Source: a virus. Taken from it: 49,010 bases of DNA. Within the stretch, counting starts at the first letter, position 1, and each line of letters starts with the position of its first letter. This document shows positions 43,990-49,010 of this stretch, one piece after another. Under the pieces are notes generated by a model. It worked only from the letters and a program-made list of their open reading frames with translations, was not told the origin of the DNA and ran no database searches. The stretch lies in the IMG/VR virus record IMGVR_UViG_3300033145_000155; one strand, written 5' to 3'. The translations under genes were made by a program, and so were the position numbers.

Positions 43990-44229
43990 ATGAAAGCAAT
44001 AAAAAGAACGAAACAACCTACTTTAAAACAAATGCAGAACATGGCATCTAATCTTCAAGAGAAGTATGGTCTATATTCAAGTATTCAAATAGACTCCCAC
44101 AAATTTTCATCTAATCATGCACAGACAGAATATTGGATTTCAGTTCAAACAGTATGTGGGCAATTTCTTAAATCTTGGGAAGCAGTCCTTGATAAATATG
44201 AAGAATTAATGGAGGACAAAGATGCCTAA
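43990..44229 (+). CDS. hypothetical protein (79 aa)
   Basis: SD AAGGAG. Confidence 0.7.
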   Translation: MKAIKRTKQPTLKQMQNMASNLQEKYGLYSSIQIDSHKFSSNHAQTEYWISVQTVCGQFLKSWEAVLDKYEELMEDKDA

Positions 44230-45076
44230 ATACCAGCGTTGGAAAAATATCATGAAGTGTTATCCTTTTGAGGAAAAGCGCTTAGCTAAATGGCATCCTC
44301 CTTACATATGTCAACCTAAGTTCGACGGTGTAAGATGTCGAGCTATCCCATTGCAGACTGGACCTAAAGGTAATGAATACTTACTTGTCTCCAGTGAAGA
44401 AAACATCATCTATTCAGTACCTCACATAAATGAAGAATTAAGCGGATTTGAGTTAAAGGATGAACTAGATGGTGAACTCTACTTCCACGGTATGAGTTTT
44501 GAGGAAATCCTTTCAATCACCTCACGCACTGTAAACTTGCATATAGACTATCGCATGATGAAGTTTCACATCTTCGACATTGTAAATGAAGAACCTCAAA
44601 TGCAAAGGATATTGAAGTTGGAAGAACTACGTGGGTTAAGCCGTGTGCTACCTATTGCGCCATTCTGGCTAGCTGAATCATTAGATGAAGTCAAACATAT
44701 ATATGATAAGTTAATAGCATTAAAATATGAAGGGATTATAATAAGACACTTTCAAAATATCTATGAATGTAAGCGTTCAACTTACATGATGAAATTTAAA
44801 CCTAAAAAGAAAGATGAATATAAAATCATTGGATGGAAGGAGGAAATTTCAAAGGATGGAATACCTAAAGGCCGTATAGGTTCACTTATTATGTCTTCAC
44901 AAGAAGATGAAGAATTTAGTGTAAGTGCTGGGCTTGATGGAGATGAAAAGGATAGACTGTGGAACATTAGGAACTTATTAAGCGGTAAAAGTGCCATAGT
45001 CCACTATCAGCACTTAACTGATAAAAAAATACCTAAAGGAACTTTCAATGTGGAGGTAATTGAAGATGGAATTTGA
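44222..45076 (+). CDS. ATP-dependent DNA ligase
   Basis: Motif I PKFDGVR (KxDG), motif III ELDGELY, motif IV EGIIIR, motif V MMKFKPKK. Confidence 0.85.
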   Translation: MPKYQRWKNIMKCYPFEEKRLAKWHPPYICQPKFDGVRCRAIPLQTGPKGNEYLLVSSEENIIYSVPHINEELSGFELKDELDGELYFHGMSFEEILSITSRTVNLHIDYRMMKFHIFDIVNEEPQMQRILKLEELRGLSRVLPIAPFWLAESLDEVKHIYDKLIALKYEGIIIRHFQNIYECKRSTYMMKFKPKKKDEYKIIGWKEEISKDGIPKGRIGSLIMSSQEDEEFSVSAGLDGDEKDRLWNIRNLLSGKSAIVHYQHLTDKKIPKGTFNVEVIEDGI

Positions 45077-45347
45077 TGGTACTGAGTATAATCCTATATG
45101 TGAGGATATACCTACAAAAAATGAAATGACAATAGATAAAAAAGTATTAGATGTATTCTATGCTCATGGAAAAATGTTAAAATTGCATGCTGATGCTCTT
45201 GCTTGCCACTATGAATGTCTTGGGATGAACGCTGAGAATTCATTAGCTGTATGTCAAGATAGAGTAATACCTTATTCTAATAATGACTATCTCAACGTCA
45301 TGATGAAGTGGAGACTTGTTGACGAGAATAATGAGTCAATAATTTAA
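45066..45347 (+). CDS. hypothetical protein (93 aa)
   Basis: Start moved to ATG (MEFDG) with GGAGG 9 nt upstream. Confidence 0.6.
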   Translation: MEFDGTEYNPICEDIPTKNEMTIDKKVLDVFYAHGKMLKLHADALACHYECLGMNAENSLAVCQDRVIPYSNNDYLNVMMKWRLVDENNESII

Positions 45348-45366
45348 CTATCTAAGGAGGTAAAAA

Positions 45367-45534
45367 ATGGATTATGAAGAAGCTATTGAATGGCTGAATG
45401 GTAAGAGGTCTATGACGAACACTGTTCCACAAGAGCCTTGGGAAACATGGGAAGTACGGATAGCACAAGCAGATGCTGCTATGGTTCAACAAGCATACTG
45501 GATTGTTAAGGCACATAAAGAAGGATTAATATAA
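45367..45534 (+). CDS. small hypothetical protein (55 aa)
   Basis: SD AAGGAGG. Below the track cutoff. Confidence 0.55.
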   Translation: MDYEEAIEWLNGKRSMTNTVPQEPWETWEVRIAQADAAMVQQAYWIVKAHKEGLI

Positions 45535-45559
45535 ACTAAACTAAAGGAGGAGAAGAAAG

Positions 45560-45961
45560 ATGTTAGAACAAAAAGAATTTTACATTGCAGGAGTGAAGTT
45601 TCATAAATTGGCTACAGTAATTAACAAGTTGAGAATAGGGATACGGCTTACCCTAACACCTGAACCAACTAACAGATTCGATCCTAATGCTGTTAAGATT
45701 GAATACCATGATTTTGATGAACTTGTTATGCTTGGCTACGTACCAAAGAAATTCAGCTCAGAGATAAGTGCAAGATTTGACATAGACCTTAACTTTGAAT
45801 GTGTAATCACTGAACTCAATCCAGGAGCTAAACCTTGGGAGCAGTGCAAAGTTGTAATAAGGGATATTAATGAAGATGACAAATGTGATCCTGTGTTTGA
45901 GCCAGCTGACCCTGACGTAGGTGATGGTCCTGACTTTGATTCAGAATGTAAGGAGGAATAA
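45560..45961 (+). CDS. HIRAN-domain protein
   Basis: FYIAGVKFH...LTLTPEPTNRFDPNAVKIEY. Confidence 0.65.
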   Translation: MLEQKEFYIAGVKFHKLATVINKLRIGIRLTLTPEPTNRFDPNAVKIEYHDFDELVMLGYVPKKFSSEISARFDIDLNFECVITELNPGAKPWEQCKVVIRDINEDDKCDPVFEPADPDVGDGPDFDSECKEE

Positions 45962-45963
45962 TT

Positions 45964-46341
45964 ATGAGGTATGTATATTGTGCTAATTGCGGCACCCGCT
46001 TATCAATCATGAGAAAGGCTATGCCTAAGTATGGCAAGATAATCGACATTGTAGAATATCACGAGTGTCCTGATGAGCCTATCGAGATTAACCTCGAACC
46101 TGTTGACATTCCTAATTTTATTGAAACTAAGGATAAGAACAAGTTCGTTCAACAATTAAACGATCTCCAACCACCTTCAATTTTAAGTTCAATAGGTTCA
46201 GATCTTAAAGATAAACGTAAAACAGAGAATGTTAAAGGCCCTAACTTATCCTCGGCGCCAACTGGCTTGAGTGACTTAATAGACTCAATGCAGAATTCAA
46301 TCCCAGAGGGTGACATAGGAAAGGAACCTAATGATGCCTAA
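45964..46341 (+). CDS. hypothetical zinc-ribbon-like protein (125 aa)
   Basis: CANC...HEC. Contains an in-frame PE25 copy. Confidence 0.65.
   Translation: MRYVYCANCGTRLSIMRKAMPKYGKIIDIVEYHECPDEPIEINLEPVDIPNFIETKDKNKFVQQLNDLQPPSILSSIGSDLKDKRKTENVKGPNLSSAPTGLSDLIDSMQNSIPEGDIGKEPNDA
46142..46166. repeat. PE25 copy 20 (intragenic)
   Basis: AGTTCGTTC-AACAATT-AAACGATCT. Confidence 0.7.
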
Positions 46342-46627
46342 TGTTTACATAGTAAATAGAAGCGCTCACGACTTTTCACCAGCTGAGCATTATGGAAAGA
46401 TAATATTCCTTTCCGAGGGACCTATGAATCGTTACTCAACTAACAACATGTACAGGTCATTCAGTTCAATTATGAAGAATTCAAAGGAACATGACCATAT
46501 AGTTCCTTGTTCACTCAATGTTATGAATTCGATAGCTTGTGCAATCTTTGCGAGGAAACATGGAAGACTTAACTTACTCCTCTTTAAAGAAGGTAATTAT
46601 ATTGAGCGTAATCTGGTTATTGAGTAG
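46331..46627 (+). CDS. hypothetical protein (98 aa)
   Basis: Overlapping start, in the operon. Confidence 0.65.
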   Translation: MMPNVYIVNRSAHDFSPAEHYGKIIFLSEGPMNRYSTNNMYRSFSSIMKNSKEHDHIVPCSLNVMNSIACAIFARKHGRLNLLLFKEGNYIERNLVIE

Positions 46628-46826
46628 CATAATCATAATAGGTTCAACATACTTAATTATTAAACCAGATAAGCAAATCTCTGAAGGGGCAATAGTCTTA
46701 GATGGTGTTAGGAAAGCAATGAATAGTTTAGGGCCTAACTATCATTACCGTATGCTTCATGATGGAACTTTGCAGGTTAATAAAGGAGATGGAAAGTGGT
46801 TGAAGTTAAAATATGAAAGGAGGTAA
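46560..46826 (+). CDS. hypothetical membrane-anchored protein, start uncertain
   Basis: Hydrophobic segment VIILSVIWLLSSIIIIGSTYLII. Overlaps the upstream gene by 68 nt if the ATG at 46560 is used. Confidence 0.45.
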   Translation: MEDLTYSSLKKVIILSVIWLLSSIIIIGSTYLIIKPDKQISEGAIVLDGVRKAMNSLGPNYHYRMLHDGTLQVNKGDGKWLKLKYERR

Positions 46827-46830
46827 TAAG

Positions 46831-47010
46831 ATGGGAGACGCACCTAATGTAATGTACCTTGGAGATGGAGTGTATGCTGAAGCAGATGGATTTGGTGTGG
46901 TGTTAAGAGCTAACGACCACAGAGATGAACAATGCACAGATAAGATATATCTTGAACCAGAAATAATGGAGAGGTTAATTAACTTTTATAAGATGTGTAT
47001 GGGAGAATAA
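46831..47010 (+). CDS. hypothetical protein (59 aa)
   Basis: Start moved to MGDAPN (SD AAAGGAGG). Confidence 0.6.
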   Translation: MGDAPNVMYLGDGVYAEADGFGVVLRANDHRDEQCTDKIYLEPEIMERLINFYKMCMGE

Positions 47011-47035
47011 TTATTAAATGAAAGGAGGAGAAGAA

Positions 47036-47188
47036 ATGACTACCGAGAGAGCTTTAAAGAGATGGAGAAAAGAAGCGTTGATGATGAAGGAGGACCCTGA
47101 TCCTGATAATGTATATGAGCAAGAGCTTGCTGAACGCATCCTTCGATTAACTCAGGAATTGTTAGATCAATATTTAATAAGAAAATGA
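47036..47188 (+). CDS. small hypothetical protein (50 aa)
   Basis: SD AAAGGAGGAG. Below the track cutoff. Confidence 0.55.
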   Translation: MTTERALKRWRKEALMMKEDPDPDNVYEQELAERILRLTQELLDQYLIRK

Positions 47189-47200
47189 AAGGAGAAAAAG

Positions 47201-47383
47201 ATGGAACCAATTGTAGCTAAACTAGATAAATCTTCAAAGGGAAAACGTCAGCGTTATATAGTGGGTGATACTGACTCACCTATATCCGGCGCACTATATC
47301 TTAGGCCAAGTGTTGAATTGCCAGCTGAGATAACTGTGGTGTTTCCTTTGAAGAAGAAAAAGGAGGAGAAAAGAAATGCATGA
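47201..47383 (+). CDS. hypothetical protein (60 aa)
   Basis: SD AAAGGAG. Confidence 0.65.
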   Translation: MEPIVAKLDKSSKGKRQRYIVGDTDSPISGALYLRPSVELPAEITVVFPLKKKKEEKRNA

Positions 47384-47795
47384 GATTATTGAGGGTAAGA
47401 TAAAGGATCTTAAGAAGCAAATAAGATATACCAAGTTACTTGATGAGGATCTAAACAAGATAGTCGAACTTTTCCCATCAGCTGGAATATGGCTAGACCA
47501 AGATATAAATATAACTATACTAGTACAAAGTATGGATGAGGTCAAAAGACTACTAAGGATTTTCTATTCCTCAGGGATTCATCTAAAAGAATTCTTTAAG
47601 AGTGAGACAGAGCCTAAGTGGATACTACAGGGGACAAACGCTGAAATTCACTTTACTCCTGTCTGGTCAAAGGATGAGGGTGCAACCTGCAAACTTGTTA
47701 AGGTAGGAGAGGTTACCCATACTTATCCTCAGTATAAACTTGTCTGTGATGATGGAGAGGAAATATTTATAGAAAATGAAAAAGGAGGTAGTTAA
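47376..47795 (+). CDS. hypothetical protein (139 aa)
   Basis: SD AAGGAGGAG. Confidence 0.7.
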   Translation: MHEIIEGKIKDLKKQIRYTKLLDEDLNKIVELFPSAGIWLDQDINITILVQSMDEVKRLLRIFYSSGIHLKEFFKSETEPKWILQGTNAEIHFTPVWSKDEGATCKLVKVGEVTHTYPQYKLVCDDGEEIFIENEKGGS

Positions 47796-48803
47796 ATGAC
47801 TTTCCCAATCCAAGAACAACCAACCTGGTCTATCCGTGACTCGTCTAAACTTGACGACTTCAAACGTTGCAGGCGTTATTATTTCTACTCACACATCCTC
47901 GGCTGGCGTCCTGATTATCCAGCGCATGACCTTTACTTCGGTGAATGCTGGCATATGGCTAGAGAACACCAGCTCCTCCACGGCTATGATGATGTTGAAG
48001 GTGCTTACAATGTATTTATCAATCACTACCGCAAACTATTCGCACCTGAAGATGATGAGATAAACAAGCCAAAGACACCAACAGCTGTACTTGGTGCACT
48101 TATGAAATTTGCTGAGGAACGTTCACGTGACTTGATTGACAATGAGGTTGTCATAATAGATGGTGCGAAGATGACTGAAATATCTGGGACTGTCCCAGTT
48201 GATGAAAATCGTGTGCTTCACTATCGTATGGACTCTATTATGCGTCGCCTTGATGATGGTATGATATTTTCCTGGGACCATAAGACTACGCATGAAAAGT
48301 GGATTAATGGTAGACAATGGGAAGAACAATTTCACCTTGGTATTCAAAACGGTACTTACACACATTGTCTCTATTGCATGTTTCCTATTGAACAAGTCCT
48401 CGGCATTGAGTTCTGTGGCACGGGATTTACATTCTTAAAACGTGGTTCTGCTAATCGACCAGCTGGATATCACACAACACTTAAACGTGTTCCTGCGTTT
48501 AAAGATCCAGATCAAATGAACGTCTGGCTCTGGAATGTGATTGATGAACTTGATGAGGTAGATAGGGAAATGGATAGGTTATTTCATTGTAAGGAAGAAG
48601 ACGCTGTGTTAATGGCTTTTCCAATGAACCCTAAATCATGCTCAGACTTTCGAGGTTGTCCTTTCCATGACTATTGTTTAAGCTGGAGTAATCCTTTACA
48701 ACGATGCTACGAGCCTCCATTGGGATTTAGGGAGGAGTTCTGGGATCCTTCAAAGATGGACACTACAAATAAGAAAAACTTAGAATGGGGAGGAGATAAA
48801 TAA
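47796..48803 (+). CDS. PD-(D/E)XK nuclease, Cas4/RecB-like exonuclease with Cys cluster
   Basis: Core D...SWDHK. N-terminal Cys (FKRCRRYY) plus C-terminal C-x5-C-x5-C (CSDFRGCPFHDYC). Adjacent to the Sak4-like ATPase. Confidence 0.7.
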   Translation: MTFPIQEQPTWSIRDSSKLDDFKRCRRYYFYSHILGWRPDYPAHDLYFGECWHMAREHQLLHGYDDVEGAYNVFINHYRKLFAPEDDEINKPKTPTAVLGALMKFAEERSRDLIDNEVVIIDGAKMTEISGTVPVDENRVLHYRMDSIMRRLDDGMIFSWDHKTTHEKWINGRQWEEQFHLGIQNGTYTHCLYCMFPIEQVLGIEFCGTGFTFLKRGSANRPAGYHTTLKRVPAFKDPDQMNVWLWNVIDELDEVDREMDRLFHCKEEDAVLMAFPMNPKSCSDFRGCPFHDYCLSWSNPLQRCYEPPLGFREEFWDPSKMDTTNKKNLEWGGDK

Positions 48804-49010
48804 ATGGCCTACGATTACAAAGAAGAACTAAAAAAGGTAAAGGAATACTATGAAGGTGACCCTTTACAAAAACGATTCAGTGCATTAGTAACTGGGGAAA
48901 CCAACGCAGGTAAAACTTACATGCTAAGGACTGCTCGCAAACCTGTTCACATAGATTCCTTCGATCCTGGTGGTACTAAATGTCTCAGAGATTTAATTGA
49001 AAGCGGTGAT
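48804..49010 (+). CDS. 5' part of the Sak4-like ATPase gene; continues at position 115 of the window after the 114-nt overlap
   Basis: SD GGAGGAG, ATG at 48804. In frame across the junction. Confidence 0.7.
   Translation, partial: MAYDYKEELKKVKEYYEGDPLQKRFSALVTGETNAGKTYMLRTARKPVHIDSFDPGGTKCLRDLIESGD
48897..49010. repeat. Terminal overlap, identical to 1-114
   Basis: Direct comparison. Confidence 0.95.

Noticed and set aside
1008-46166. PE25 copies as a CRISPR array, or as classical rho-independent terminators
   Set aside because: The copies are dispersed over the whole genome at irregular spacing, so they are not a repeat-spacer array. Most lack a 3' U-tract and have A/T-rich stems. Several lie inside ORFs or directly upstream of an SD.
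1-49010. Lysogeny module (integrase, repressor, attP)
   Set aside because: No tyrosine or serine recombinase motifs were seen in any ORF. The only small DNA-binding candidates (RHH-like at 3068, C2H2 at 43716) are not evidence for temperate behaviour.

Overview
The window is a complete phage genome. Bases 1-114 are identical to 48897-49010, so the unit length is 48,896 bp and the genome is circular or terminally redundant. It has no tail tube, sheath or tape-measure genes, which suggests a podovirus-like phage. It is A+T-rich with strong GGAGG-type Shine-Dalgarno sites; the host is unknown. No integrase and no phage RNA polymerase were recognised.

Layout:
- 1-8996 (+): replication and recombination genes. 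These are a Sak4-like ATPase that wraps the window ends, a DUF669-like protein, dCMP deaminase, a ParB-domain DNA methyltransferase, a PolA-type DNA polymerase with an N-terminal UDG-like domain, and a P-loop protein.
- 9011-36952 (-): one long late transcription unit driven by a sigma70-like promoter at 36992-37020. In transcription order it encodes a small basic protein, an HTH (TerS-like) protein, a candidate lysis cassette, an accessory island (two SAM methyltransferases, a dual-GT2 glycosyltransferase, a signal-peptide beta-helix protein), TerL, a fibre-like protein, portal, scaffold, major capsid, a ParB-like/HNH islet, tail and internal-virion proteins, and a ~1,899-aa multidomain protein.
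- 37216-48803 (+): about 40 small early genes, plus ATP-dependent DNA ligase, a HIRAN protein and a Cas4-like nuclease.

Most notable observations:
1. A 25-nt palindromic element (AGATCGTTT-N7-AAACGATCT family) occurs in 20 full copies genome-wide. Most lie between a stop codon and the next SD, but some are in frame inside genes, and two of those bracket a methyltransferase-like domain of the giant protein.
2. The giant virion protein carries GNAT-like and DPPY methylase-like modules.
3. A non-canonical class-II tRNA-like cloverleaf with a 9-nt anticodon loop lies at 43146-43244. Three ORFs elsewhere are interrupted at UGA.
4. A glycosylation/methylation island with a secreted beta-helix protein sits between the TerS-like gene and TerL.
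5. A 500-bp repeat-dense non-coding region at 37999-38504 looks like an origin.

All functional calls come from motifs read by eye. No database search was run.
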